A stretch of DNA of 64,000 bases, from positions 35,703 to 99,702 of the forward strand of contig NIVC01003399.1 of the NCBI GenBank assembly GCA_002269645.1. Reading direction: 5' to 3'. The notes under the pieces were generated by a model. The model searched no databases. It saw only the letters and a program-made list of their open reading frames with translations, and was not told the DNA's origin. The stretch's first letter is position 1, and each line of letters starts with the position of its first letter. This document shows positions 1 through 14,410 of this stretch, one piece after another. The stretch comes from Macrostomum lignano (lineage: Eukaryota). The position numbers and the translations under genes were made by a program.

Positions 1-225
1 AATCTTCATAACTCTTGCAGGCTCTAGCAAAACATGCGCTTGTATTTTTTGTTAGAATCTTTCCACACATTCACTTGCTTTTCTAGACAGAGCCTAGACT
101 CTACTAGTTAGTGTTTAGCCTCAGATAGAGTGTTTAGTCTCTAGAATAAAGTGCTTAGACTCTAGATGGTTCTTATAGTCTCTAGATAAGAGTGCTCAGT
201 TTCTAGATAGAGTTTTTAGTCTCTA

Positions 226-1125
226 AGCTGGATGCTTCGGACCGCACTCCCCTCGGCTGACGACGGCTTTCTGCTGCGCAGACGCATCCGTCGCCGCCAC
301 GGCGAAAAGCGCCTGAGCGTGCTTGGCTACGCCGACGACCTCGCCCTCCTGTCCTCATCCGTTGAAGGCGCCCAGCGCCAAATCGACCGGCTGGTCGAAG
401 TGGCATCGAGCATCGGTCTGATCATCAACACGCTGAAGACCGAGGTGCTGACTGTGCCGGCCGACATCCCAGCGGACCTGACATGCCGCGGCGCAGACGG
501 GCAGACGAACAGGCTCGCACGCTGCCAGCGGTTCACCTACCTCGGCGGTCTGGTGCCCCACGTACGTGGAAGAGGACCTCCGGCGGCGCAGAGGACTTGC
601 CTGGGCGGTCTTCCGTTCGATCCGGGCCGTCCTCCAGTCCGAAGCGCTGCCCGACCGCCAGAGGGCTCGGCTGTGGCAGGCGGTGGTCGAAACCGTCCTG
701 CTATGCAACGCCGAGACGTGGACGCTGACGGCTACGCTGGAGCGGCAGCTGGACTCGGAGCACTCAGGGCTGCTCCGTGCGGCCTTTCGAGCTGACGAGA
801 GCGTCGGGACCGAGGCCCTGTACGATCGGGCCAAGCTGCAGCGGCGCGGCGGCGACTTCAACTGGCGGGCCACGTGATCCGGGCCGAGGGCTACTGCCCC
901 CAACCTGTTCAGGATGTCCTGCTGCTCACCTTGCAGGGTCCGTTCAGGGGGGGGGTCAGGCCCAAACCCGTCGATACGTGGACTGCCTCCTACGCGGCGC
1001 TGGGGCGCCCGACACTGCCAACGGAGCGGACTTCATCCGCTCCCAGGCTCTGCGGCGCACCATCTGACGCACCCTGCTCTAAATGTGACCTTGCATGCGC
1101 TGCTGCGTACTTTGTTTTTGTTGTT
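226..1125 (+). mobile_element. 5'-truncated non-LTR retrotransposon (RTE-like LINE); C-terminal RT region and 3' end, frameshifted
   Basis: Translation shows YADDLALL, INTLKTEVL and FTYLGG, then after a frameshift near 560 (acgt duplication) ETVLLCNAETWTLT, and LAGHVIR in a further frame. Ends in a TTTGTTTTTGTTGTT tail. Flanked by TTAGTCTCTA at 216-225 and 1124-1133 (possible TSD). Confidence 0.85.
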
Positions 1126-1455
1126 AGTCTCTAGATAGAGTGCTTAGTCTCCAGATAGAGTGCTTAGTCTCCAGATAGAGTGCTTAGTCTCCAGATAGAG
1201 TGCTTAGTCTCCAGATAGAGTGCTTAGTCTCCAGATAGAGTGCTTAGTCTCCAGATAAAGTGCTTAGTCTCCAGATGGAGTGCTTAGTCTCCAGATAGAG
1301 TGCTTAGTCTCCAGATGGAGTGCTTAGTCTCCAAATAGAGTGCTTAGTCTCCAGATGGAGTGCTTAGTCTCCAGATGGAGTGCTTAGTCTCCAAATAGAG
1401 TGCTTAGTCTCTAGATGGAGTGCTTAGTCTCGAGATAGAGTGCTTAGTCTCTAGA
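1126..1455. repeat. 20-bp minisatellite (AGTCTCCAGATAGAGTGCTT)n; degenerate copies at ~90-225; inverted copy at ~1476-1499
   Basis: Direct inspection; 20-bp phase is constant across lines. Confidence 0.95.
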
Positions 1456-1804
1456 AACTAGCAGCGACTGCAGTATCTAGAGACTAAGCACTCTATCTAA
1501 AGTCTCCAAGATAGTGTTTAGCTTCCGGACGGAGTATGCTCAGTGTCTCTGCAAGGCACGGAAAAACCAAACTACGAGGCAAGCCTCTCACGAAACAAAA
1601 TTAGCTAAATACTCTACTATCAGTAAAAATTAGCACAATTTCAGTACAAATTAATTACGCAACTGCTCAGCAATCCATCGCTTCCCTTGGACAGCCAATC
1701 AAGCAAGCCGGTATGCCGGGCATTAAAGCGCCGGCTCAGTCCAAACACTGGCATTGAGCACAGAGACAACTCAATTTCTCGGCATCAAGTTCACCATAGA
1801 CAAG

Positions 1805-2565
1805 ATGAAGCTGCCAAACTGTTCACAGCGGGGTTCCAACTATACATCAATTTTCAACGGTCAAGACGGAGACGCGGTGGTCCGCTACCTGCTGTTAATC
1901 TACCCCCTGCTGTTTCTGGTCATTGGCGTCCCGGCCAATGTCGTTTCCAGCGTGCTCTGGTCTCGTCGAATGTACGACTCTCGCGGCTCCACCGCTCTGC
2001 TCCTAACCAGCCTCTGCATCGTGGACACCCTCGTCCTGGTGCAGGGCTGCCTCCGCCACCTGCTCATGACCGTCGCCTGCGTTGACATTCGGCCGCTGCT
2101 CGGCTGTCGAGCGCCAATGTTCTTGCACACCTGGCTGAGCACCTATTCGGTTTGGATCATCTGCTTGATGTGCTGCGAACGGCTGGTCTGCGTACTGCGC
2201 CCGTTTGACATGCGAGTGCTGTGCAAGCAGCGGAACGGCCTCATTGCCCTCCTGGTAGCCGGGGCTCTCTCGGCCGCCTGCAATCTCTACCTGCTGGTCA
2301 TTATCGAGCCCGGCCGACTCTGCGATGCCGACAAACGATTCAAGCATTTGTCTTGGCACTTTCACACTCTGGACTCTCTGATCTACTCCTATGTGCCGTT
2401 CGCTCTGATTGTGGCAACCAACGGGGTTATCGTGGCTAAGCTGGGCCAGCGCCGGCGAAGGCACGGAGCGGCGTCCACTGCGTCCATCGCCAATGCCGAC
2501 AGGGGCGCCGCGGCGCGCAGCAGGCGCAGCGGCAACGGCGGCGGCGGCGGAGGTCCGACTGGGAG
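1805..2565 (+). CDS. Rhodopsin-like peptide GPCR (FMRFamide-receptor/GPR139-like clade), exon 1 of 2 (TM1-TM5); CDS join(1805..2565,4078..4546), 409 aa
   Basis: ATG at 1805; N-glycosylation sites NCS and NYT; IGVPAN (TM1), LCIVDTLVL (TM2), CCERLVCVLRPF (TM3), YSYVPF (TM5). Donor AG|GTGAG at 2565/2566, phase 2. Confidence 0.85.
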
Positions 2566-2569
2566 GTGA

Positions 2570-2990
2570 GGGTGTCAGAATAGACTGTAGCTGGGGTGTC
2601 AGAATAGACTGTAGCTGGGGTGTCAGAATAGACTGTAGCTGAGGTGTCAGAATAGATTGTAGCTGGGGTGTCAGAATAGATTGTAGCTGGGGTGTCAGAA
2701 TAGACTGTAGCTGAGGTGTCAGAATAGATTGTAGCTGGGGTGTCAGAATAGACTGTAGCTGGGGTGTCAGAATAGATTGTAGCTGGGGTGTCAGAATAGA
2801 CTGTAGCTGGGGTGTCAGAATAGACTGTAGCTGAGGTGTGAGAATAGACTGTAGCTGGGGTGTCAGAATAGACTGTAGCTGAGGTGTCAGAATAGACTGT
2901 AGCTGAGGTGTCAGAATAGACTGTAGCTGAGGTGTGAGAGTTGCCTGTAGCTGGGGTGTCAGAGTTGCCTGTAGCTGGGGTGTGAGAGCT
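2570..2990. repeat. 24-bp minisatellite (GGGGTGTCAGAATAGACTGTAGCT)n in the GPCR intron
   Basis: Direct inspection; gives the 8-aa LTPQLQSI pseudo-ORF. Confidence 0.95.
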
Positions 2991-2999
2991 AGGGTTCTC

Positions 3000-4069
<1,070 letters not shown>

Positions 4070-4077
4070 CGCCACAG

Positions 4078-4546
4078 ACGCGCGTCTAACAAGATATTCT
4101 GCACCGTGTTCTGCATGGCTCTGTGCCACCTGCTGTTCACTTCGCCCATCGTCATTTGGTACCTGGGGGTCAGCGACGCCTGCAACTTCGCCGAGAACGG
4201 CACCAAGTGCACCAGACTGGAGTTCGCCTGGAAGATTCTTGAACGGCTGAACCACCTGACCCACTTCTTCATATTCAGCACCACATCCTCGCTTTTTGTT
4301 GGCGATTTGAAATCGCTGGCCCGGACGGTGCGCAGCTCGTTGCGGTCGCAGCGGACCCGCACCTGGAGGACCTCCACGCGCCGGGGCGGCCCCGCTCGAG
4401 ATGCCTCGCCACCGCGGCAGCGGCGAGAGGACGAGGCGGCCTGCAGTCTGCAGCTTCTGAAGCCGGTTGCTGGCGACTGCCGACTTGCTGATGAACAGCT
4501 GGAGAAAGACAGCCGGCAGGTTGGTGAGGACGACGGCCTCGTCTGA
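4078..4546 (+). CDS. Peptide GPCR exon 2 (TM6-TM7, C-tail)
   Basis: Acceptor CACAG|A at 4077/4078 is phase 2 and matches the exon 1 donor (AG|A = Arg). Encodes CHLLFTSP (TM6) and LERLNHLTHFFIF (TM7); TGA ends at 4546. Confidence 0.85.
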
Positions 4547-4582
4547 GCCTGCGATGCACTGCGCTGGAGTGCTCAGCTGATT

Positions 4583-5737
4583 GAGAGGCTGGCCCAGCAA
4601 CTGGGGATCTGCATGGGAGGCTGGCCCAGCAACTGAGGATCTGAGAGGCTGGCAGCCCAGCAACTGGGGATCTGAAAGGCTGGCAGCCCAGCAACTGGAG
4701 ATCTGGGAGGCTGGCCCAGCAACTGAGGATCTGCATGGGAGGCTGGCCCAGCAACTGGGGATCTGCATTGGAGGCTGGCCCAGCAACTGAGGATCTGAGA
4801 GGCTGGCCCAGCAACTGAGGATCTGAGAGCCTGGCCCAGCAACTGAGGATCTGGGAGGCTGACCCAGCAACTGAGGATCTGGGAGGCTGGCCCAGCAACT
4901 GAGGACCTGAGAGGCTGGCAGCCCAGCAACTGGGGATCTGGGAGGCTGGCCCAGCAACTGGGGATCTGCATTGGAGGCTGGCCCAGCAACTGGGGATCTG
5001 GGAGGCTGGCCCAGCAACTGAGGATCTGCATGGGAGGCTGGCCCAGCAACTGACACTTTGGGAGGCTGGCCCAGCAACTGAGGATCTGAGAGGCTGGCCC
5101 AGCAACTGAGGATCTGAGAGGCTGGCCCAGCAACTCAGGATCTGAGAGGCTGGCCCAGCAACTGAGGATCTGAGAGCCTGGCCCAGCAACTGAGGATCTG
5201 AGAGGCTGGCCCAGCAACTGAGGATCTGAGAGGCTGGCCCAGCAACTGAGGATCTGAGAGGCTGGCCCAGCAACTGAGGATCTGAGAGGCTGGCCCAGCA
5301 ACTGAGGATCTGAGAGGCTGGCCCAGCAACTGAGGATCTGAGAGGCTGGCCCAGCAACTGAGGATCTGAGAGCCTGGCCCAGCAACTGAGGATCTGAGAG
5401 GCTGGCCCAGCAACTGAGGATCTGAGAGGCTGGCCCAGCAACTGAGGATCTGAGAGGCTGGCCCAGCAACTGAGGATCTGAGAGGCTGGCCCAGCAACTG
5501 AGGATCTGAGAGGCTGGCCCAGCAACTGAGGATCTGAGAGGCTGGCCCAGCAACTGAGGATCTGAGAGGCTGGCCCAGCAACTGAGGATCTGAGAGGCTG
5601 GCAGCCCAGCAACTGGGGATCTGGGAGGCTGGCCCAGCAACTGGGGATCTGAGAGGCTGGCAGCCCAGCAACTGGGGATCTGGGAGGCAGGCCCAGCAAC
5701 TGGGGATCTGGGAGGCTGGCCCAGCAACTGGGGATGT
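4583..5737. repeat. 28-bp minisatellite (GAGGCTGGCCCAGCAACTGAGGATCTGA)n
   Basis: Direct inspection; starts ~35 bp after the GPCR stop codon. Confidence 0.95.
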
Positions 5738-6359
5738 GGGAGGGTGTTAATAGCTATTTATCTGAGATTGCCGGTACTAGAGTCCACAGAGTTACAGTAA
5801 AGAACAAAACCTATATTTTAAGAAGCAAAGCACAGATTTAAATATTTCACTTTGTTTGATTCCCTCTCGCGTCATTTGCTGCTGCAATTTACGAAATATT
5901 GAGCTTTGAAGATGGACATCAGGCGCTCGCTTTACTTTGTTAGTCGGCTTCAAACCATCGTTAAAAATATTTTGTGTTTTTTTTATCTAAGACTCTATTC
6001 ACCAGTGACTTATTAATATGTAAATATGCGAAATTTTCCCAGACAGAGGAAGGTCTACTTCTCCTCATGATTTTTTCTAGTTGATGACGCTGATAGCGGC
6101 GCATTAATTCATCAATCTGCATATCGCTATTCACGGTCATATTTGTCATTATATAGTGCTCGGCTCTTCCTTCAGTTCTCCGTCTGGTGCTTCCTCTCGG
6201 TCATTGGGGGATATTTTATTTTTTGTCAGCGGGGCATTCCGATTAAAAACATGAAAGGCTCACCGGGGAACCGAACCTGGACTACTGAGCAGACCATGGA
6301 CTACTAAAATCTAGCTTCTGGAATGAAGGCTAGAGTACGGACTGTAAACTAGCTCGTAC

Positions 6360-7315
6360 TCCATGTATACCGGACTGAACCACTGACAGCTATATTCAAG
6401 AATCTGGAATGGAAACTACTGTACCGGATTGAACCATGGACAGCTATATTCAAGAATCTGGAATGGAAACTACTGTACCGGATTGAACCATGGACAGCTA
6501 TATTCAAGATTCTGGAATGGAAACTACTATACCGGATTGAACCACTGACAGCTATATTCAAGAATCTGGAATGGAAACTACTATACCGGATTGAACCATG
6601 GACAGCTATATTCAAGATTCTGGAATGGAAACTACTATACCGGATTGAACCATGGACAGCTATATTCAAGAATCTGGAATGGAAACTACTATACCGGATT
6701 GAACCATGGACAGCTATATTCAAGAATCTGGAATGGAAACTACTGTACCGGATTGAACCATGGACAGCTATATTCAAGATTCTGGAATGGAAACTACTAT
6801 ACCGGATTGAACCATGGACAGCTATATTCAAGAATATGGAATGGAAACTACTGTACCGGATTGAACCATGGACAGCTATATTCAAGAATCTGGAATGGAA
6901 ACTACTATGCCGGATTGAACCATGGACAGCTATATTCAAGAATATGGAATGGAAACTACTATACCGGATTGAACCATGGACAGCTATATTCAAGAATCTG
7001 GAATGGAAACTACTGTACCGGATTGAACCATGGACAGCTATATTCAAGAATATGGAATGGAAACTACTATACCGGATTGAACCATGGACAGCTATATTCA
7101 AGAATCTGGAATGGAAACTACTATACCGGATTGAAGCATGGACAGCTATATTCAAGAATCTGGAATGGAAACTACTATACCGGATTGAACCATGGACAGC
7201 TATATTCAAGAATCTGGAATGGAAACTACTATACCGGATTGAAGCATGGACAGCTATATTCAAGAATCTGGAATGGAAACTACTATACCGGATTGAACCA
7301 TGGACAGCTATACTA
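6360..7315. repeat. 54-bp minisatellite (ACCGGATTGAACCATGGACAGCTATATTCAAGAATCTGGAATGGAAACTACTAT)n
   Basis: Direct inspection; 18-aa periodicity in the pseudo-ORFs. Confidence 0.95.
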
Positions 7316-7807
7316 TCAAGAATTCGGAATGAAAACTGCTTTGTCTCCTAGCTGGTAATTCAACCGTCATTCGGGTATAGAAAAATCGAAGATTTTTAGA
7401 AGATTTCGAAGTCCTCTTGAAGTCTTGTAGCACGGAATTCCATAGACCAAGAAGGAAAGAGCTAGTTGCTATGGCGAAATCCCTGTTCAAACCTTTAATA
7501 GCAATTTTTTCTTTAATAAAAAACTTTGCCAGAAATTCCCGAGCACTTCCTGCCAGATCCTTGCTTTGAGGAAGCGGAGGCTGACCGCGTGGTCCGTTTT
7601 TACAATGGGCTGAAGCACCGACTAAAAGCGAAATTGTGCCTATGGAAAGATGAATGAGGAAAGTCTGCTTGTGCAGGAAGGATGTGGCCCTGCACTGGGC
7701 TTACAAAGAGGATGCATTGTCTTCTGCTTTTGCTGGCTCGTGCCTTTGAAACTGCATGGGGATTGGGATTATTTGGCTAGGGGCAGGGGATAAAAACTTA
7801 GGGTAGT

Positions 7808-9803
7808 GAAAGTGACAGATGGTTAGTGTGTGAGAGTGACAGATGGTTAGTGGGTGAGAGTGACAGATGGTTAGTGAGTGAGAGTGACAATTAGTTAGTG
7901 AGTGAGAGTGACAGATGGTTAGTGAGTGAGAGTGACAGATGGTTAGTGGGTGAGAGTAACAGATGGTTAGTGAGTGAGAGTGACAATTAGTTAGTGAGTG
8001 AGAGTGACAGATGGTTAGTGGGTGAGAGTAACAGATGGTTAGTGAGTGAGAGTGACAGATGGTTAGTGAGTGAGAGTGACAGATGGTTAGTGAGTGAGAG
8101 TGACAGATGGTTAGTGAGCGAGAGTGACGGATGGTTAGTGGGTGAAAGTGAGAGTGAAAGATGGTTAGTGGGTGAGAGTGAGAGTGAAAGATGGTTAGTG
8201 AGTGAGAGTGACAATTAGTTAGTGAGTGAGAGTGAAAGATGGTTAGTGGGTGAGAGTAACAGATGGTTAGTGAGTGAGAGTGACAGATGGTTAGTGAGTG
8301 AGAGTAACAGATGGTTAGTGAGTGAGAGTGACAGATTGTTAGTGGGTGAGAGTGACAGATGGTTAGTGAGTGAGAGTGACGGATGGTTAGTGGGTGAAAG
8401 TGAGAGTGAAAGATGGTTAGTGGGTGAGAGTGAGAGTGAAAGATGGTTAGTGAGTGAGAGTGACAATTAGTTAGTGAGTGAGAGTGAAAGATGGTTAGTG
8501 GGTGAGAGTAACAGATGGTTAGTGAGTGAGAGTGACAGATGGTTAGTGAGTGAGAGTGACAGATGGTTAGTGACTGAGAGTGACAGATGGTTAGTGAGTA
8601 AGAGTGACAGATGGTTAGTGAGTGAGAGTGACAGATTTTTAGTGAGTGAGAGTGACAGATGGTTAGTGGGTGAGAGTGACAGATGGTTTGTGAGTGAGAG
8701 TGACAGATGGTTAGTGAGTGAGAGTGACAGATGGTTAGTGACTGAGAGTGACAGATGGTTAGTGGGTGAAAGTGAGAGTGAAAAATGTTTAGTGGGTGAA
8801 AGTGAGAGTGACAGATGGTTAATGGGTGAAAGTGAGAGTGAAAGATGGTTAGTGGGTGAAAGTGAGAGTGACAGATGGTTAATGGGTTAAAGTGAGAGTG
8901 ACAGATGGTTAGTGGGTGAAAGTGAGAGTGACAGATGGTTAATGGGTGAAAGTGAGAGTGAAAGATGGTTAATGGGTTAAAGTGAGAGTGACAGATGGTT
9001 AGTGGGTGAAAGTGAGAGTGACAGATGGTTAATGGGTTAAAGTGAGAGTGACAGATGGTTAGTGAGTGAGAGTGACGGATGGTTAGTGGGTGAAAGTGAG
9101 AGTGAAAGATGGTTAGTGGGTGAGAGTGAGAGTGAAAGATGGTTAGTGAGTGAGAGTGACAGATGGTTAGTGAGCGAGAGTGACAGATGGTTAGTGAGTG
9201 AGAGTGACAGATGGTTAGTGAGTGAGAGTGACAGATGGTTAGTGAGTGAGAGTGACAGATGGTTAGTGAGTGAGAGTGACAGATGGTTAGTAAGTGAGAG
9301 TGACAGATGTTTAGTTAGTGAGAGTGACAGATGGTTAGTGAGTGAGAGTGACAGATGGTTAGTGGGTGAGAGTGACAGATGGTTAGTGAGTGAGAGTGAC
9401 AGATGGTTAGTGAGTGAGAGTGACAATTAGTTAGTGGGTGAGAGTGACAGATGGTTAGTGAGTGAGAGTAACGGATGGTTAGTGGGTGAAAGTGAGAGTG
9501 AAAGATGGTTAGTGGGTGAGAGTGAGAGTGAAAGATGGTTAGTGAGTGAGAGTGACAGATGGTTAGTGAGTGAGAGTGACAGATGGTTAGTGAGTGAGTG
9601 ACAGATGGTTAGTGAGTGATAGTGACAGATGGTTATTAGGTGAAAGCGAGAGTGACAGATGGTTAGTGGGTGAAAGTGAGAGTGACAGATGGTTAATGGG
9701 TGAAAGTGAGAGTGACAGATGGTTAATGGGTGAAAGTGAGAGTGACAGATGGTTATTGGGTGAAAGCGAGAGTGACAGATGGTTAGTGGGTGAAAGCGAG
9801 AGT
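7808..9803. repeat. 24-bp minisatellite (AGTGAGAGTGACAGATGGTTAGTG)n with 30-bp variants
   Basis: Direct inspection. Confidence 0.95.
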
Positions 9804-10194
9804 GTAGCACGTGACCTCTGTTTGATTCCATGCGTTCTCTATTTTCTAAGACATGAGCAGGATCGGCTCAGGCTCTTTGATGGAGACGATGAAAACTCGT
9901 CACTCCAGCTCCGTCATGCATAATTGACTTTTCCAGTTGAGCTGGCGGCTGACGCTCAGTGCAAACTTTGACACTACGTTTCCGTCTATTAGTTGCACCG
10001 ACGAGTGCTGGCGAGACACCTCACCTGCTCACATGGCAGGCACCAGCCTTTCTCCGTTTTCAGCTCCCCTTTGGCAGGCATCCTTTAGCTCCTAAGCTGA
10101 CTTCAGTTGGGAGTGCCAAACGAGGTGAGGAGAGCTCACCGCTCCTCCACTCACTCACAATGACTTACCTTGAGTAACTACCACCGAATATACC

Positions 10195-10585
10195 ATTTGC
10201 TCTACTCGATCATCTACTCGAAACTCTACTCATCATCTACTCGACACTCTACTCATCATCTACTAAACGCTCTACTCATCATCTACTCGACGCTCTACTC
10301 GATCATCTACTAAACGCTCAACTCGATCATCTACTAAACGCTCTACTCGATCATCTACTAAACGCTCAACTCGATCATCTACTAAACGCTCTACTCGATC
10401 ATCTACTCGACACTCTACTCATCATCTACTAAACGCTCTACTCATCATCTACTCGACGCTCTACTCGATCATCTACTAAACGCTCTACTCGATCATCTAC
10501 TCGACACTCTACTCGATCATCTACTCGACACTCTACTCGATCATCTACTCGACACTCTACTCGATCCATCTACTCGACACTCTAC
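10195..10585. repeat. 22-24-bp minisatellite (CTCTACTCGATCATCTACTCGACA)n
   Basis: Direct inspection. Confidence 0.9.
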
Positions 10586-11549
10586 TGCAGGGGTGGGCAA
10601 ACTTTTACCTTAAGGGCCAGCTAAAGAATCCAAGTCAAGCCTGCGCGCCAGGTGAGAGAGGAAAGGAGAGGAGAGAGAGCTGAGAAGAGACACAAACCCT
10701 CAAACCTTGAGCGGGCCGGATTGCTATTGTGAAGTTTCAAAGGACCCGAAGGCCCGGGTAGAGAGGCTTTGCACTACTGCATACTAGTATCAATCCACTC
10801 GACTGTCTATTGTACCCTCACACAGCTGTCTTCTCTCGCCCTATTTATAATAATATAATAATATTAATACATGTAATATAGTACAAATAGCCATAAAACT
10901 ATGCAATAGGACTGCATGTATTTTTTCTTTCGATCCTGGAGGCTCTCGGTTCGTGGACACTCGTTACAATATTTTTTAGTTCATCCGTAGAACACCTCAT
11001 CCCAACAGACAAGGGCCCGACGGCAAACCCAAGTCTTCCTCTCCTTGAAGGAAACATTCCCAGAAGTTTCCTTCTGGGAAGGAAAACTTAAATTAATAAA
11101 TTAAATAATAAATGAAATCATAAAAGGCCTGTCTATTGCCGGTAGACATTTTCTTTGAACCGTAAATGCCCCTCATCATCATCATCATCATCATCACAGA
11201 CTCTGAGGACACTTCATTTAACTGATTGCGAGAGCAACCCCAGACTCTTTGGTGCGGAAGCAGAATTTTGTAAACAGGACAAACAGTTCCCCAATGATCC
11301 TGCTCGTTCGTTGCTTGATCACGTGACTTGTGCAGAAGGAAACTTGGTTTGAATATCCAGTCTGTTTTACACTGCAGATTATGATAGAGAACGAAGGTGA
11401 ATTTCTGTTAATCCACTGTGATCGTTATTCAATCAAATTAAATTGAAAATGAATGCCCGTTGAAATATGATCTTGATATGAAAATATTGAGAAGTGAATT
11501 TAGCGTATACAGTTCTATGCTTTCAAGCAACATTTATTTTTATTTTCAG

Positions 11550-11940
11550 TGTGAATGCTCTATCTTAATCGTGAATGTATTTTCTTAAGCGCAGATGACT
11601 TTTATCTAAAGCGTGAATGTCTTTATCCTAGGTGTGAATGTCTTTATCTTAAGTGTGAATGTCTTTATCTTAAGTGTGAATGCCTTTATCTTAAGTGTGA
11701 ATGTCTTTATCTTAAGTGTGAATGTCTTTATCTTAAGTGTGAATGTCTTTATCTAAAGCGTGAATACATTTTAAGCGTGAATATATTTATCTTAAGCGTG
11801 AATGCCTTTATCTTAGGTGTAGGTGTCAATGTCTTGATCTAAAGCGTGAATGTCTTTATCTTAAGTGTGAATGCCTTAATCTAAAGCGTTAATGCGTGAA
11901 TGTCTTTATCTCAAGCGTGAATGCCCATATCTGAAGCGTG
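11550..11940. repeat. 21-bp minisatellite (GTGTGAATGTCTTTATCTTAA)n
   Basis: Direct inspection; CECLYLK pseudo-ORF. Confidence 0.9.
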
Positions 11941-12616
11941 AGTAGACAACAATTATTCACTATGGAAACTCGTACATTAAAATTCATTACTGCATTTCGA
12001 CGAAAAAGTTCTTCTATTAGGATCAGGGCAATAAGATTTGGCAGCTGAGAAATAAATTAGGAAACCTCAGAGCAGCTGCTATGATCGCAGTTCATTTTCA
12101 ATTTATTTAGAAGTTGGTCTGAGACCTCACAGACAGAGCGGCAGCTATCGATTAAACGCAGATTTGCGGGTGCGAAAATTCTGGGAAGGTTTCCAAGAAA
12201 AAATGTACTTTTCCGCTTAGTTCCCGAAGGCCTGAATTGCTTGGTTTTCTAGGGTGGTTTAGGGGCTTTAGGCAGCTGAGGAGCAACTCACAGTAAACCT
12301 CCTGTCTCATTCACCAGCCCCTTCATTATTAATGACTTCGAGTCCAGCAGGCATGCGAAACTCGAATTTGTCGAACCGACCCTCAGCCCCCCCCCCCCCA
12401 AGACTGAGCTATATATGGAATGTATAGATTTATATCTCTATCTATCTATACATGAATTTTGAATACTAAATATCTCTGCTTGTTAGGCTAGCATTGTAGT
12501 TTCACAGCAATCCCGCCGCTGAACCAAAGTGAACCAGCTCTTCTAAACAGCACTTGCTCATCTGCTGGGATTGAATCTCTTTAAATGAAGTGGGCGACTG
12601 AGACCACTCACTGATC

Positions 12617-13625
12617 TGTCATGTCTCATCTCAGCCTCATGTCTATTATCTCATCTGAGTCTCATATTTATTATCTCATCTGAATCTCATGTCTATATCT
12701 CATCTGAGTCTCATGTCTATTATCTCATCTGAGTCTCATGTCTATTATCTCATCTGAGTCTCATGTTTATTATCTCATCTGAGTCTCATGTCTATTATCT
12801 CATCTGAGTATCATGTTTATTATCTCATCTGAGTCTCATGTCTATTATCTCATCTGAGTCTCATGTCTATTATCTCATCTGAGTCTCATGTCTATTATCT
12901 CATCTGAGTCTCATGTCTATTATCTCATCTGAGTCTCATGTTTATTATCTCATCTGAGTCTCATGTCTATTATCTCATCTGAGTCTCATGTTTATTATCT
13001 CATCTGAGTCTCATGTCTATTATCTCATCTGAGTCTCATGTTTATTATCTCATCTGAGTCTCATGTCTATTATCTCATCTGAGTCTCATGTCTATTATCT
13101 CATCTGAGTCTCATGTCTATTATCTCATCTGAGTCTCATGTCTATTATCTCATCTGAGTCTCATGTTTATTATCTCATCTGAGTCTCATGTCTATTATCT
13201 CATCTGAGTCTCATGTCTATTATCTCATCTTAGTCTCATGTCTATTATCTCATCTGAGTCTCATGTCTATTATCTCATCTGAGTCTCATGTTTATTATCT
13301 CATCTGAGTCTCATGTCTATTATCTCATCTGAGTCTCATGTCTCATCTCAGTCTCATATCTAATATCAAATCTCAGTCTCATGTCTCAAGTCTCATGTCT
13401 CATCTCAGCCTCAGTCTCATATCTCATCTCAGTCTCATGTCTCATCTCAGTCTCATGTCTCATCTCAGTCTCATATCTAATATCAAATCTCAGTCTCATG
13501 TCTCAAGTCTCATGTCTCATCTCAGCCTCAGTCTCATATCTCATCTCAGTCTCATGTCTCATCTTAGTCTCATATCTAATCTCAGTCTCATGTCTCATCT
13601 CAGCCTCAGTCTCACGTCTCATCTT
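12617..13625. repeat. 25-bp minisatellite (TCTCATGTCTATTATCTCATCTGAG)n grading into shorter TCTCA units
   Basis: Direct inspection. Confidence 0.95.
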
Positions 13626-14024
13626 TTCCTTAACTCTTGAGCAGTCCTGAGCAGCACAGCATTTTTAGCCATTTATAAACTACGAGTGCATAAAACTTTG
13701 AGAAAAGAACATTTGAAAGCAGTTATGGCAGTCATAATTGCGATAAAAATTAGAATTTATTATATTATTTTATGGCAAACTGGAGAATTTAGAGGCCTCA
13801 GCAAGAGATCCCCAATACTGCTAATTTTTTCTATTTTATTATCCACCAATAAAAATTCCCAAGACTTTCTCTCTGCGCTGCGACGTTGACTCGGGCTTTA
13901 TCGAAGGAGAGCAGCTGCAAGAAGAAAATGATTTTCTGCTCCAGCATGATACACAACAGGGGATGAAGTTGATGAAAAAGACATGTTACATTATTTTCAG
14001 AATCGAGGTTGTCAGCGCTCATTT

Positions 14025-14332
14025 TAGCGCCGCAGGCACTCATTTTAGCGCCGCAGGCACTCATTTTAGCGCCGCAGGCACTCATTTTAGCGCCGCAGGC
14101 ACTCATTTTAGCGCCGCAGGCACTCATTTTAGCGCCGCATGCACTCATTTTAGCGCCGCAGGCACTCATTTTAGCGCCGTAGGCACTCATTTTAGCGCCG
14201 CAGGCACTCATTTTAGCGCCGCAGGCACTCATTTTAGCGCCGCATGCACTCATTTTAGCGCCGCAGGCACTCATTTTAGCGCCGCAGGCACTCATTTTAG
14301 CGCCGTAGGCACTCATTTTAGCGCCGTAGGCA
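14025..14332. repeat. 21-bp minisatellite (CACTCATTTTAGCGCCGCAGG)n
   Basis: Direct inspection. Confidence 0.95.
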
Positions 14333-14410
14333 CTATATATTTTGTCGCCCTGGGAAGCAAAAATATTGATTTCCATAACGGGTTACAAAGATGGGCGGTG
14401 GCGACGTCCT

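Noticed and set aside
6255-6310. tRNA or SINE head on the - strand (CCAGGTTCGGTTCCCCGG)
   Set aside because: Only a B-box-like word; no properly spaced A box or cloverleaf.
10588-10780. hAT-type MITE starting CAGGGGTGGGCAAACT
   Set aside because: The left end resembles a hAT TIR, but I found no matching right TIR or 8-bp TSD; at most a fragment.
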